64,000 nt of DNA from Pseudomonadota bacterium (GCA_021300175.1 JAJTIC010000016.1:17000-80999); one strand, 5' to 3'. Counted from the stretch's first letter, positions 1 through 9,608 are shown. Made by a program: numbers and translations. Notes: generated by a model from the sequence alone, not told the origin.

Positions 1-271
1 CATGTGAGTTGGGATGGATTCTGCTCCTGTTGAATAATGTTGGATTTAATCTGTTCCCAAAAAGCAGAATTAATCTCCACGCCCACCCCCTAATTCCCCT
101 GGCCGTGATGAAAGACGGGGGATACACCGAGGAAAAACAGATGACAACTGTTGACCAAATTGCTGCGCTATGGTTTAAAACCAGAACTTCACTGCGGGTG
201 AACTTGCCGTAAATATGGCGTAAATATCTAATTTAATGAGACTTTAATAAAAGTCTGGGCTGGGAGTAACT

Positions 272-421
272 ATGAAACGTACCTATCAACCAAGTAAAGT
301 TCGTCGAAAAAGAACCCATGGATTCCGTGCACGCATGGCCACAAAAGATGGACAAGAAGTGCTTTCACGCCGTCGCGCCAAGGGTAGAAAGCGTCTTGTT
401 GTAAAAACTGGTGGAAAATAA
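272..421 (+). CDS. rpmH: 50S ribosomal protein L34
   Basis: Not in the ORF track (49 aa, below the length cutoff). Manual translation from ATG 272 gives [49 protein letters not shown], with stop TAA at 419-421. This is a canonical L34 sequence in the canonical position directly upstream of rnpA. Confidence 0.97.
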   Translation: MKRTYQPSKVRRKRTHGFRARMATKDGQEVLSRRRAKGRKRLVVKTGGK

Positions 422-776
422 CCGACCCATCGTCATCCGTAACAGTTCGGATTTTTTAAGGATTAAGAACTCTGGAAAAAGAAGGACGACATCTGGTTGG
501 CTGTCCCTTGCGTTTATCAAAAATAGTGAGGGGCGACTTAGATACGGTTATACTATCACGAAAAAGATAGGAAATGCTGTCGTCAGAAATCGGCTAAAGA
601 GATGGTGCCGAGAGTATTTTTTCAGAATTTACAGCGAGAGCGGTCTTAATCCAGAAATGGATGTTAATGTTCTCTTTAAGCCAATGCCAAGCGATTTCTA
701 CAAAAAGCTCAATCACGCAGAGTTTATCCAAGCTCTGGACAAGGCTTTTCAGAGCCTTATCAAGCTTGATGACTAG
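411..776 (+). CDS. rnpA: Ribonuclease P protein component
   Basis: ORF 411-776. Small basic protein with the motif [23 protein letters not shown], directly after rpmH. The GTG start overlapping the rpmH stop comes from the track, so the true start is uncertain. Confidence 0.85.
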   Translation: MENNRPIVIRNSSDFLRIKNSGKRRTTSGWLSLAFIKNSEGRLRYGYTITKKIGNAVVRNRLKRWCREYFFRIYSESGLNPEMDVNVLFKPMPSDFYKKLNHAEFIQALDKAFQSLIKLDD

Positions 777-1017
777 CGTTTTTTTACTTGCCGTGGGGGC
801 TTACCGATCAATCTTAACAAACCACCTTGGCGGAGCCTGCCGGTTTGAACCTTCATGCTCTGAGTATGCAGTGGATGCCCTTAAGATACATCCACCGTAC
901 AGGGCCCTTATCTTAATTTGTAAAAGAATTTTAAGTTGTCGTCCGGGCGGCCGCTTTGGTTACGATCCCGTACCTCATCTTCATCAGGAGGACTGTTGTG
1001 CAAGAGCGACAAGATAA
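769..1017 (+). CDS. yidD: Membrane protein insertion efficiency factor YidD
   Basis: 3-prime part of ORF 661-1017. From ATG 769 it reads [39 protein letters not shown]...CRPGGRFGYDPVP, which carries the conserved CRFxPSCSxY and GGxDPVP signatures. It sits between rnpA and yidC as usual. Confidence 0.88.
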   Translation: MTSVFLLAVGAYRSILTNHLGGACRFEPSCSEYAVDALKIHPPYRALILICKRILSCRPGGRFGYDPVPHLHQEDCCARATR

Positions 1018-2656
1018 CTTTTTCGACCCGAAAACGATTATTGCGATTATTCTCTGTGGAGCCGTATTCTTTGGATGGCAAAGTTATCTTGCTAAAAAAT
1101 ATCCCCCAGCTAAGGGCCCCGAGTCCAGTCCTCAATCAGCAGCTGCAGACTCTGAAGGAACTCAGGCGGGAACGATGGAAGTTGGTAAACCTGAATCAAA
1201 GTCCCAGCCGGGCTCACAAAAGTCTAATTCTTTAGCTGAGGCATTAGAAACTCCAGAGCAATTTTTGGAAATGAATGTGGCTGGAATGGCCTTTAGGGTC
1301 AGTAATTTTGGAATGGGCCTGCATGATTTGACCCTTCAGAGCTACACGGATCGAGAAAAAAATCCTGTGAAGATTGGGAATGTACCTGGCCAAGGAGTAT
1401 TCGCAACAATTTCTTTGGCAACAGAAAAGCCAATAGTCTTTATTCTTAGAAAAACAAATGAATCTACCATCGAAGGCGTTTCAAATGTTGAAGGCGCGGT
1501 CCTCAAGAAGAAAGTTCAATTCGATGATAAGACGGGGTCTTTTAGAACCCAGGTTGTGATTGAAAATGCCCCTGCTGGATTTCGTGGTCTTGCAACCACA
1601 ATGATTGAACCCCAGATGGTTTATGGATCTGGAAGTTTTCTTATTCCCAGTTTTGAACATCAAGAAATCGTGGCTCATTATGGCGGAAAAAATGAAAGAT
1701 TTAATGTTTCGCACCTTGGAGAGATTCTTGATAAGTCTTTTCCAGCTGGAGCGATGGTTGCTATCAGCTCTCAGTATTTCACTGCGGCTATTTCGGACAA
1801 ATCAGAAGTTCTTCCAGATGTGAAGGTTCTTGCTAGGCCGCTGGCTCAGACAACAAAATCTGGAGAGCAACTTTTGACCGCACGAATGGAATACCGACCA
1901 ATCAATGTGAAGCCATTCATGGAGATCAACTATGTTGGGTATGCAGGTCCGAAATCCCACGGCATTTTAAAGAGTGTAGATAGTGAAATGGTTGAGATCA
2001 TCAACTTTGGATTTTTTGCATCAATTGCAAAACTTCTTTTAGTTTTGCTTCAGTGGTTTCATAGTTTTGTAAGTAATTGGGGACTTGCCATTATCGTCCT
2101 GACAATTCTTGTGAGATTTATCGTTTTACCATTTAATATTGCTTCCTATAACTCAATGAAAAAGATGCAAAAAATTCAGCCAATGATTCAGTCTTTGCGT
2201 GAGCGATATAAAGACGATGCTCAAAAGCTGAACACGGAAATGATGAGTCTAATGAGGGAAAACAAAGTTAATCCCTTGGGCGGATGCCTCCCAATGCTCC
2301 TTCAAATGCCTGTTTTTTTCGCTCTTTATCAAGTGCTGGGCCAGTCCATCGAGCTCTATCAGGCCCCCTTTGTTTTTTGGATTAACGATCTTTCATTGAA
2401 AGATCCTTTTTATGTTCTTCCTGTGCTGATGGGTTTATCGATGTATGTACAACAGAAAATAACGCCAACTACGATGGATCCAATGCAGGCGAAGATTCTG
2501 CAGTTTTTGCCAATTGTTTTTGCACTGATGATGGTAGCCTTGCCTTCAGGGCTCACGCTTTACATTTTCATCAGCACCCTATTCGGAATTATTCAACAAC
2601 AAATCTTTATGCGCGACAAGTCTGCCCTGGCAGCCACGAAGGAAGCGAAAGCGTAG
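998..2656 (+). CDS. yidC: Membrane protein insertase YidC
   Basis: ORF 956-2656. The likely start is GTG 998, preceded by AGGAGG at 985-990. An N-terminal TM segment and a large periplasmic domain are followed by the C-terminal YidC/Oxa1 core (NWGLAIIVLTILVRFIVLPF, GCLPMLLQMPVFFALY). Confidence 0.92.
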   Translation: MQERQDNFFDPKTIIAIILCGAVFFGWQSYLAKKYPPAKGPESSPQSAAADSEGTQAGTMEVGKPESKSQPGSQKSNSLAEALETPEQFLEMNVAGMAFRVSNFGMGLHDLTLQSYTDREKNPVKIGNVPGQGVFATISLATEKPIVFILRKTNESTIEGVSNVEGAVLKKKVQFDDKTGSFRTQVVIENAPAGFRGLATTMIEPQMVYGSGSFLIPSFEHQEIVAHYGGKNERFNVSHLGEILDKSFPAGAMVAISSQYFTAAISDKSEVLPDVKVLARPLAQTTKSGEQLLTARMEYRPINVKPFMEINYVGYAGPKSHGILKSVDSEMVEIINFGFFASIAKLLLVLLQWFHSFVSNWGLAIIVLTILVRFIVLPFNIASYNSMKKMQKIQPMIQSLRERYKDDAQKLNTEMMSLMRENKVNPLGGCLPMLLQMPVFFALYQVLGQSIELYQAPFVFWINDLSLKDPFYVLPVLMGLSMYVQQKITPTTMDPMQAKILQFLPIVFALMMVALPSGLTLYIFISTLFGIIQQQIFMRDKSALAATKEAKA

Positions 2657-2668
2657 AAAGGGGAAAAT

Positions 2669-3211
2669 ATGGGATTTTTTAGTAAGCTTTTTGGAGGAAA
2701 AAAGAAAGAAGGTTCAAGCGAGCTCGAAGCGTTAGTATCGAGTACGGTTGGAGGCATTCTTGAGAAGGGCGGATTTGATCTGAGCTTCGAGATAAAGTCT
2801 GGTTCTGATGATAAAGGCGAACCACAAATCACGATCGAATTCTTAGGCTCTGATGAGGAATTACTCAAAGAAAAAGAAGGCCAGATGATTGAGGCAATTC
2901 AGTTATTTGTGAAGCGAGTGCTTCAGCATAACTTCCCCGATGATCGTACAAATGTGATGATCGATTGCAATGGATACCAGGAAGAAACAAGCCAGCAACT
3001 GATCGATCTTGCGGAGAAGTTAAAAGGAATTGCTCTTGAGAAGGGGAAGTCTGTTTACTTTAGAGCACTTCCGCCGAAAGATAGAAAAATAATTCACCAG
3101 TATTTAGCCAACGACAGTCGAGTTAGGTCCCGATCTATTGGTGATGGGCTATTTAAAAAAATCAAAATTTATCCTGTGAAAGGTTCTCAAGAAGGAAGAG
3201 CGACCGAATAG
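2669..3211 (+). CDS. jag: Jag/KhpB-type RNA-binding protein (KH plus R3H domains)
   Basis: ORF 2669-3211. The C-terminal segment FRALPPKDRKIIHQYLANDSRVRSRSIGDG is R3H-like. It holds the conserved position between yidC and mnmE. Confidence 0.8.
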   Translation: MGFFSKLFGGKKKEGSSELEALVSSTVGGILEKGGFDLSFEIKSGSDDKGEPQITIEFLGSDEELLKEKEGQMIEAIQLFVKRVLQHNFPDDRTNVMIDCNGYQEETSQQLIDLAEKLKGIALEKGKSVYFRALPPKDRKIIHQYLANDSRVRSRSIGDGLFKKIKIYPVKGSQEGRATE

Positions 3212-3213
3212 CT

Positions 3214-4644
3214 ATGAGCTTTCATCGCGATCAGGACACCATTTGCGCCGTCAGTACACCACCTGGTCGCGGCGGTATTTCAGTCATTCGAGTTTCAGGC
3301 AAGCTTTCATGGCAGACAACGAGGAAGTTTATTCCGTCGTTTCCAGAGAGGGCTCAGTCCCACAAAGCTTATTTCGGCGTCTTTAGAGAGAACAGTCAGA
3401 CTATAGATGAAGTCGTTGTGACCTTTTTTGAAAAGGGTCGAAGTTTCACGGGGGAAGAGACATGTGAGATTTCTTGTCACGGAAGTCCCATTGTTGTTCG
3501 AGAGATTTTACGCTGCTTCACCGGTGCTGGACTGCGTTTGGCTGATAAAGGCGAATTCACTTATCGAGCTTTCATGAATAACCGTATTGACTTGGTACAA
3601 GCTGAATCCATCGTGTCTATGATTGAGTCCCAATCCCTTGCTGCAGCAAAGCAGGCAGCAAGGCAATTACAGGGAGGGCTCTCCCAGATCATCGAAAAAA
3701 TCGAAAATGATCTAACTTGGTGCCTTGCTCACATTGAAGCTGGAATCGATTTTGTCACTGAGAACTTAGATTATGTATCCAATCAGGAGCTCATTGATAA
3801 ACTGTCATTGATCGCTGCCGAAGTTGATAAGCTGGCAAGTACTTTTAAGTCTGGGCGCTTGATTCGAGAGGGCGTGAAAGTCGCGTTGATAGGCGCTCCC
3901 AACGTAGGAAAAAGCAGTTTATTGAACAGTCTGCTGGGTGAAGAGCGATCCATCGTGACTGACATTGCAGGAACCACCCGAGATGTAATTGAGGACTCCT
4001 TTTCTTATGAGGGGCTCAGTATAAAAGTTCTCGATACGGCAGGGGTTCGTAACAGCACAGATCATGTTGAATCATTAGGTATCGAGAGAACACTTCGGGC
4101 CTCTAAAGAGGCGGATCTTTGTTTGGTAGTTTTTGATCCAACTCAACTCGAAACTTGGTTAGAGCCGCGAATGTTGCAGGCAATCAAATCTAGAATTAAA
4201 GATTGTATGATCGTTATTAATAAATCTGATCGTTTGGGTGCGGAAGCTTCGGACTTACTAATGAGCCTCCAGCTGAGTCTTCGGTCGAGTAAAATTTTCA
4301 CTGATCAAGAGCTCGCTGAGCTTTTTAATCGCCAGAAAATTGAGTTTGTATCAGCGCTTGATAAAAGAACTGCTGAGGGCTTGAAGGCTGCAATTTACAG
4401 ACATTTGGTTGAGGCGGGTTTTGAAGACAACTCGTTGGTTTCACACTCGAGGCAGTTCGAATTGCTACACTCTTCGCGGAAACAAATTGAGGTTGCCAAT
4501 GAGCTGCTCAAGTCTGATTTGGGAGCTGAGTTTGTGGCGCTCGAGTTAAAAGAGAGCTTAATTAGCCTGCAACAGATTTTGGGTAAAAGCTTCGACGATC
4601 AAATTATGGATCGTGTGTTTAAAGAATTTTGTATTGGAAAGTAG
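3214..4644 (+). CDS. mnmE: tRNA modification GTPase MnmE
   Basis: ORF 3214-4644. The N-terminus contains ICAVSTPPGRGGISVIRVSG, the G domain contains GAPNVGKSSLLN and DTAG, and the C-terminus ends in the FCIGK motif. Confidence 0.95.
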   Translation: MSFHRDQDTICAVSTPPGRGGISVIRVSGKLSWQTTRKFIPSFPERAQSHKAYFGVFRENSQTIDEVVVTFFEKGRSFTGEETCEISCHGSPIVVREILRCFTGAGLRLADKGEFTYRAFMNNRIDLVQAESIVSMIESQSLAAAKQAARQLQGGLSQIIEKIENDLTWCLAHIEAGIDFVTENLDYVSNQELIDKLSLIAAEVDKLASTFKSGRLIREGVKVALIGAPNVGKSSLLNSLLGEERSIVTDIAGTTRDVIEDSFSYEGLSIKVLDTAGVRNSTDHVESLGIERTLRASKEADLCLVVFDPTQLETWLEPRMLQAIKSRIKDCMIVINKSDRLGAEASDLLMSLQLSLRSSKIFTDQELAELFNRQKIEFVSALDKRTAEGLKAAIYRHLVEAGFEDNSLVSHSRQFELLHSSRKQIEVANELLKSDLGAEFVALELKESLISLQQILGKSFDDQIMDRVFKEFCIGK

Positions 4645-4655
4645 TGGAGATAATC

Positions 4656-6557
4656 ATGGCTACAAATTTTGACGTCATTGTTGTAGGCGCCGGTCATGCT
4701 GGAATAGAGGCATGTTTGGCAACTGCGCGGTTGGGTCTCAATACTCTGATCGTCACTACGAATATGGACCGAATCGGGTATATGAGCTGCAATCCATCGA
4801 TTGGTGGGCTAGCAAAGGGTCATATGGTCCGCGAGCTCGATGTGCTCGGTGGGGAAATGGGAAAGGCTGCCGATGTAACATGCATTCAATACAAGCGGCT
4901 GAATTCTACACGAGGCCCTGCCGTCAGGGGTACTCGAGTTCAGACAGACAAGCACAAATACAATCAGTATATGACCGAGACTCTTTTGAATCAGAAGGGG
5001 CTCAAACTTATTCAGGCAGAAGTGAAGTCACTGCTGTTGGAAAACGGTATTTGCGGGGGTGTAGTTCTTGACGACGGATCAAAGATAACAAGTCAGACAG
5101 TCGTTATTACTGCTGGTACATTTCTGAACGGTGTGATGCATATCGGATTCAAACAAATGTCAGGCGGGCGAGTTGGCGATAAAGCCGCTGTCGGCCTTTC
5201 AGATCAATTGAAGGAGTTTGGATTTAGGGTTCAAAGACTTAAAACAGGGACTCCGCCGCGCTTGCTAAAACAGAGCATCGATTTTTCGAAAACCGAAGAG
5301 CAATTTGGTGAAAAAAGTTTTTATCCCTTTAGCTTTCTTTCTGAGCGTTCGTTCGTGCTTCCGCAAGTGGCATGTCACCTCACGCGGACGACGGAAAGAA
5401 CTCACGAGATCATTCGCGGCAATATGCACAAGTCTCCTTTATACTGTGGAATCATTGAAGGGACAGGCCCTCGCTATTGTCCATCGATTGAAGATAAAGT
5501 CACAAGATTTGAAGATAAGGGCAGTCACCAGACCTTCTTAGAGCCCGAAGGGCTTGATACAGATTTGATTTATTTGCAGGGGATATCGACTTCTCTTCCT
5601 GAGGAGTCCCAAGATGAATTTTTAAAAACTATACCGGGTCTTGAGAATGTAAAGGTCGTCAGGTATGGCTATGCCGTAGAATATGACTTCATTGAGCCAA
5701 CTCAGATTTGGCACCGGCTAGAAACTCGGCCTATCGAGAACTTGTTTTTAGCGGGGCAAATCAACGGGACGAGTGGCTATGAAGAGGCTGCAGTGCAAGG
5801 ATTAGTCGCTGGTGTGAATGCTGCGAGAAAAATTCTTGGCAAAGATGAATTTGTCTTGGGTCGGGATGAGGCCTATATCGGAGTTTTGATTGATGACCTT
5901 GTGACGAAGGGGACTCGCGAGCCCTATCGTATGTTCACATCTCGCGCGGAGCACCGACTGATCTTGAGAGAAGACAACACGATTGACCGTCTTTACCAAA
6001 TATCCTCACAGCTTGGGCTGTTAAGTGAAGGAGCGAAGAGCCAGCTTGAAGCATTAAAGGTGCAGCGACAAGACTTTGCTCATCGACTGAAAGAGGGTCG
6101 ACTTTATCCAAATCAAGAAACACAAGATAAGATTCTCTCGATCAAGTCCACTGTTTTAAACAAAAGCATTAGTTACGAAGAGTTGCTGCGCCGGCCCGAG
6201 GTTCAGTGTGCACACTTGGAGGTCTTTCGTTTCGAGGTGCCTCAAGATCCTAATGTGAGTGAGGCTGTCGAAATTGAAGTCAAGTATAGCGGCTACGTTA
6301 AAAAACAGTTGGAGTTGATTAATCAGGCAAAGAAGCTTGAAGAGTTGAGACTCGACCCTTTACTAGATTATGCACTGATTAAAGGTCTATCAACTGAAGA
6401 GCGTGAGAAGTTAAACCGCGTGAAGCCGAGGACTTTGGGACAGGCTCAGCGGATCAGTGGAGTAAATCCTTCAGCCATTCAGTCCATCATGATACACTTA
6501 AAGGGTAATCGTAAGCTGAGGGAGATGACACGTGAGCATAGCGAAGGACGGAGCTGA
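4656..6557 (+). CDS. mnmG: tRNA uridine 5-carboxymethylaminomethyl modification enzyme MnmG (GidA)
   Basis: ORF 4629-6557. The likely ATG at 4656 gives MATNFDVIVVGAGHAGIEA (FAD GxGxxG motif). The GidA family pattern holds along the full length. Confidence 0.97.
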   Translation: MATNFDVIVVGAGHAGIEACLATARLGLNTLIVTTNMDRIGYMSCNPSIGGLAKGHMVRELDVLGGEMGKAADVTCIQYKRLNSTRGPAVRGTRVQTDKHKYNQYMTETLLNQKGLKLIQAEVKSLLLENGICGGVVLDDGSKITSQTVVITAGTFLNGVMHIGFKQMSGGRVGDKAAVGLSDQLKEFGFRVQRLKTGTPPRLLKQSIDFSKTEEQFGEKSFYPFSFLSERSFVLPQVACHLTRTTERTHEIIRGNMHKSPLYCGIIEGTGPRYCPSIEDKVTRFEDKGSHQTFLEPEGLDTDLIYLQGISTSLPEESQDEFLKTIPGLENVKVVRYGYAVEYDFIEPTQIWHRLETRPIENLFLAGQINGTSGYEEAAVQGLVAGVNAARKILGKDEFVLGRDEAYIGVLIDDLVTKGTREPYRMFTSRAEHRLILREDNTIDRLYQISSQLGLLSEGAKSQLEALKVQRQDFAHRLKEGRLYPNQETQDKILSIKSTVLNKSISYEELLRRPEVQCAHLEVFRFEVPQDPNVSEAVEIEVKYSGYVKKQLELINQAKKLEELRLDPLLDYALIKGLSTEEREKLNRVKPRTLGQAQRISGVNPSAIQSIMIHLKGNRKLREMTREHSEGRS

Positions 6558-7200
6558 TGCAGTTGGGGCTGCATGGAGAATTCCAGAGTGGTTCCCCGAT
6601 ATTCCTGCCGATCAATTGGCAAAGCTCAAGAAATACCATGACGAACTTTTACGATTTAATCGATCGCTGAATCTGATCGGCGTCAAGACGATTCCAATGG
6701 CAGATGCCATTCACTTCGCAGACTCTATCATTGCCTGCCGAGCGATTGCAAAATCTGCAACTATTGCTGAGATTCATGATTTTGGCTCTGGTAATGGTTT
6801 TCCAGGACTAGTTTATGCGATCCTTTTTCCTGCTACAAAGGTGAAGCTTGTAGAAGCTGATCCTAAAAAATCGGAGTTTTTAAAGCACACTGCAACTGCC
6901 GCAGCACTGACTAATGTCGAGGTCCTGACGCGGTCCGTTGAAAATTTATCGGAGGGTTCGGTGTCATTTGCAATGTCCCGGGGTTTTGGTCCTATTGCTA
7001 AGTCTATCTTGAATACAAGAAAGATCTTTAAAAACGGCGGGGCTTTTTATCATCTAAAAAGTGAGGAGTGGGCTAAAGAGATTGCCGATATACCGACCCA
7101 GCTCTGTAGCTATTGGCAACCAAGTGCACTGGGTGAATACAAACTGCCAATCGGCGAAGTCCGTTTTGCTGTTGTGAAAACAATAAAGATCAAAGATTGA
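6532..7200 (+). CDS. rsmG: 16S rRNA (guanine527-N7)-methyltransferase RsmG (GidB)
   Basis: ORF 6532-7200 with a GTG start that overlaps the mnmG 3-prime end. SAM-binding motif DFGSGNGFPGL. It directly follows mnmG. Confidence 0.9.
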   Translation: MSIAKDGADAVGAAWRIPEWFPDIPADQLAKLKKYHDELLRFNRSLNLIGVKTIPMADAIHFADSIIACRAIAKSATIAEIHDFGSGNGFPGLVYAILFPATKVKLVEADPKKSEFLKHTATAAALTNVEVLTRSVENLSEGSVSFAMSRGFGPIAKSILNTRKIFKNGGAFYHLKSEEWAKEIADIPTQLCSYWQPSALGEYKLPIGEVRFAVVKTIKIKD

Positions 7201-7203
7201 AAG

Positions 7204-7219
7204 TGTTCCACGTAGAACA
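7204..7219. promoter_or_regulatory. parS-like centromere site (TGTTCCACGTAGAACA, one arm mismatch)
   Basis: 16-mer matching the widespread parS consensus TGTTNCACGTGAAACA, apart from the symmetric central variation and one arm mismatch. It starts 4 nt after the rsmG stop and ends 2 nt before the stop of the opposite-strand lipoprotein gene. Confidence 0.7.
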
Positions 7220-7220
7220 T

Positions 7221-7706
7221 TTAGTGATCGACGCTAGAGCCCGATGCTGTCCCCGAGCTGGCACCCTGACTTTTCATTCTTTCTTTCACCGACCAGGTTT
7301 TCGGGGCCGCCAGAAGAGCATCCTGCGCCTTGTAATTCTCGTACTCCTCTGGGCTTGGCCAGTCTGCCTGAGCCTCAAAAGCTTTCAGATATTCTCGCTT
7401 TGCCTCTTCAGTTCTTGATTCAATCCTAACCATATAGAACTGCTTCATTTGCTGAGCCCTATTCTTTCGCTCCACGGCCCCAGAGAGCCTCTTGCGTGCA
7501 ATTTTAGCTTGTCCTGTTTGAGGTGCTGCACCCTTCAAGGCAGCCTCAAACTCTGCGATCAGCTTTTCCTCTGCCTCGATTGTAGCATCGGTGGCGCTGA
7601 GTTTTGCTTTTAAATCCGTCAGAATGGGATCCCTCAGCTCGGGATTTGGGTCCGGCCTGTTGCACGCAGACAGAAGAAATACAAACAAAACAAGAATTAT
7701 TCGCAT
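7221..7706 (-). CDS. Hypothetical lipoprotein
   Basis: ORF 7221-7706. The N-terminus MRIILVLFVFLLSACNRP carries a signal peptide and a lipobox (LLSAC). The mature part is charged and predicted helical, and I recognise no family. Confidence 0.65.
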   Translation of the reverse strand: MRIILVLFVFLLSACNRPDPNPELRDPILTDLKAKLSATDATIEAEEKLIAEFEAALKGAAPQTGQAKIARKRLSGAVERKNRAQQMKQFYMVRIESRTEEAKREYLKAFEAQADWPSPEEYENYKAQDALLAAPKTWSVKERMKSQGASSGTASGSSVDH

Positions 7707-7708
7707 AG

Positions 7709-7724
7709 TGTTCCACGTGGAACA
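7709..7724. promoter_or_regulatory. parS centromere site (perfect palindrome TGTTCCACGTGGAACA)
   Basis: Perfect 16-bp palindrome of the parS family, about 90 bp upstream of parA. It begins 3 nt beyond the ATG of the opposite-strand lipoprotein gene. Confidence 0.85.
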
Positions 7725-7816
7725 TCGGATTAATCGCGAAAAATCTTGAATTAGAAAAAATTCACGCTAACCTCCTTGCCAGAAGAAAAAGGATTTTCTC
7801 GAAATCGAGGTAATAA

Positions 7817-8632
7817 ATGCTTAAAATAATCTGTATTGCGAACCAAAAAGGCGGAGTTGGTAAGACGACAACGAGCGTGAACCTTTCATCAGCCCTGTCT
7901 CGCCTAGGGAAAAAGGTACTTCTCATTGATCTGGATCCCCAGGGGAATGCATCTTCAGGGCTAGGCCTGAAAAGACATGAGATTCAAGACTCGAACATTT
8001 ATCATGTTTTGATCGGGGAAAAGTCTCTCGCTGAGATTATTCAGGCTACTCGCGAAGATAATCTCTCCGTCGCCCCCGCAAACCCAGACCTTGTTGGTGC
8101 AGAGCTTGAGCTTTACGATGCTTCTCAGCGTGAATATCGCCTCAAGGCCGCAATTGCCGAAATATCCGACACCTATGACTATGTATTGATCGATTGTCCG
8201 CCCAGTCTGGGCTTGTTGACACTGAATGCTCTAACGGCTGCCAATTCTTTTCTAGTCCCGCTTCAGTGTGAGTACTATGCCCTGGAAGGACTTTCTCAGC
8301 TCTTGCATAGCGCTGGACTAATAAAAAAGAATTTTAACCCACAGCTTCACATTGAGGGGATTGTTCTCACGATGTTTGATGCTCGGAATAATTTGTCGAA
8401 ACAAGTTGTTTCTGAGATCAAAACGCATTTCGGAGAGAAAGTATTTTCAGCCATCATTCCAAGAAATGTTCGCCTATCTGAAGCCCCCTCCCATGGCCAG
8501 TCTATCTTTGACTATGACCAGAAATCCATCGGCGCTCAGAAGTACTTAGAGCTGGCCGCTGAGTTAATTCAACGCTCTTCGCCCACTAAACACACAGAAC
8601 AAAACACAGAATATGGTGATCTAAATGTCTAA
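7817..8632 (+). CDS. parA: Chromosome partitioning ATPase ParA/Soj
   Basis: ORF 7817-8632. Deviant Walker A motif NQKGGVGKTTT, with ParA/Soj family features throughout. It overlaps the parB start by 8 nt. Confidence 0.95.
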   Translation: MLKIICIANQKGGVGKTTTSVNLSSALSRLGKKVLLIDLDPQGNASSGLGLKRHEIQDSNIYHVLIGEKSLAEIIQATREDNLSVAPANPDLVGAELELYDASQREYRLKAAIAEISDTYDYVLIDCPPSLGLLTLNALTAANSFLVPLQCEYYALEGLSQLLHSAGLIKKNFNPQLHIEGIVLTMFDARNNLSKQVVSEIKTHFGEKVFSAIIPRNVRLSEAPSHGQSIFDYDQKSIGAQKYLELAAELIQRSSPTKHTEQNTEYGDLNV

Positions 8633-9608
8633 TTTAAATAATGATTCTCAAAACAGAAAATCGAGACTTGGCCGCGGTCTTGGCTCTTTATTGGGTGGTG
8701 GGGACTTAAGCTCTGATCCAATCACGGCGAGGCCTGCCCCGGGCCAGCCTGCGTCTGGGGCGGTTGCGCACGCGGCCCTTCCGCCCACGCCGTCTCCTGC
8801 GGTCGTGCCCCCTGAATCAAGAATTTGGCAGGTTCCCGTTGATAAGATGACTCCTTCGGTTTTTCAGCCGCGCACGCATTTCGATAAAACGGCCCTTGAG
8901 GAGCTTGCCACATCAATTAAGGCCAATGGCATTCTTCAGCCGATCACTGCGCGAAAACTTCCTTCAGGTAGGTTCGAAATCATTGCTGGTGAGCGCCGCT
9001 GGCGGGCAGCTCAATTAGCTGGCCTGCACGACGTCCCTGTGATTTTAAAAACACTGGATGATAAGGCCACCCTAGAAATGGCCATCATTGAGAACGTTCA
9101 ACGAGAAGATCTAAACCCCATAGAAGAAGCAGAGGCTTATCAGCGACTTGCTGATGATTTTGAACTTACTCAAGCACAGATTGCTGAAAAAGTTGGAAAA
9201 GATCGCGCAACGGTGGCGAATGCTCTTCGCATCCTAACTCTTCCCCAGAAAGTGAGAGATCTCATAGCTGAAGGAATGATCAGTATAGGGCATGCCAAAG
9301 TTTTGCTTTCTCTATCAAATCCTGAACAGATGGCGGCACTTGCCACACAAGCCGCGAAACAACAAGTTTCAGTTCGCAAACTTGAGAAGCTTGTTTCAAT
9401 GGTTAAAAAGGACGGCTACCCTAATGAGCCGATTTCCCTCGATGTCTCTTCAAAATTAATTGAAAGCCTTGCCGAAGAAGTCCAAAAGATCTTGAGCACA
9501 AAGGTCTCCATTGATTATGCTGAGGGCAAGGGTAAGATCACTGTGCATTTCTATACAGATGAAGAGTTGAACAACATTGTGGACCGCCTCAAGAACGGAG
9601 CGAAATGA
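8625..9608 (+). CDS. parB: Chromosome partitioning protein ParB/Spo0J
   Basis: ORF 8625-9608. It contains the ParB N-terminal arginine patch IIAGERRWRAAQLAG and an HTH region. A Pro/Ala-rich low-complexity insert lies near the N-terminus. Confidence 0.95.
   Translation: MSNLNNDSQNRKSRLGRGLGSLLGGGDLSSDPITARPAPGQPASGAVAHAALPPTPSPAVVPPESRIWQVPVDKMTPSVFQPRTHFDKTALEELATSIKANGILQPITARKLPSGRFEIIAGERRWRAAQLAGLHDVPVILKTLDDKATLEMAIIENVQREDLNPIEEAEAYQRLADDFELTQAQIAEKVGKDRATVANALRILTLPQKVRDLIAEGMISIGHAKVLLSLSNPEQMAALATQAAKQQVSVRKLEKLVSMVKKDGYPNEPISLDVSSKLIESLAEEVQKILSTKVSIDYAEGKGKITVHFYTDEELNNIVDRLKNGAK

Noticed and set aside
9-212. 67-aa plus-strand ORF in the region upstream of rpmH, and the idea that CAT at 1-3 is the dnaA start codon with 4-271 as a DnaA-box-rich dnaA-rpmH intergenic region
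   Set aside because: The ORF has no RBS, no recognisable family and an odd composition. I could find only poor partial matches to TTATCCACA in 1-271. The dnaA hypothesis depends on sequence outside the window and cannot be supported here.
6529-6534. Additional CACGTG-core sequences checked as extra parS sites (here, ATCACGTGAT at 17600-17609, and CCACGTAGAA within nuoM near 26768)
   Set aside because: Only the central hexamer, or one half-site, matches. The outer TGTT/AACA arms are missing, and all three lie inside coding sequence.
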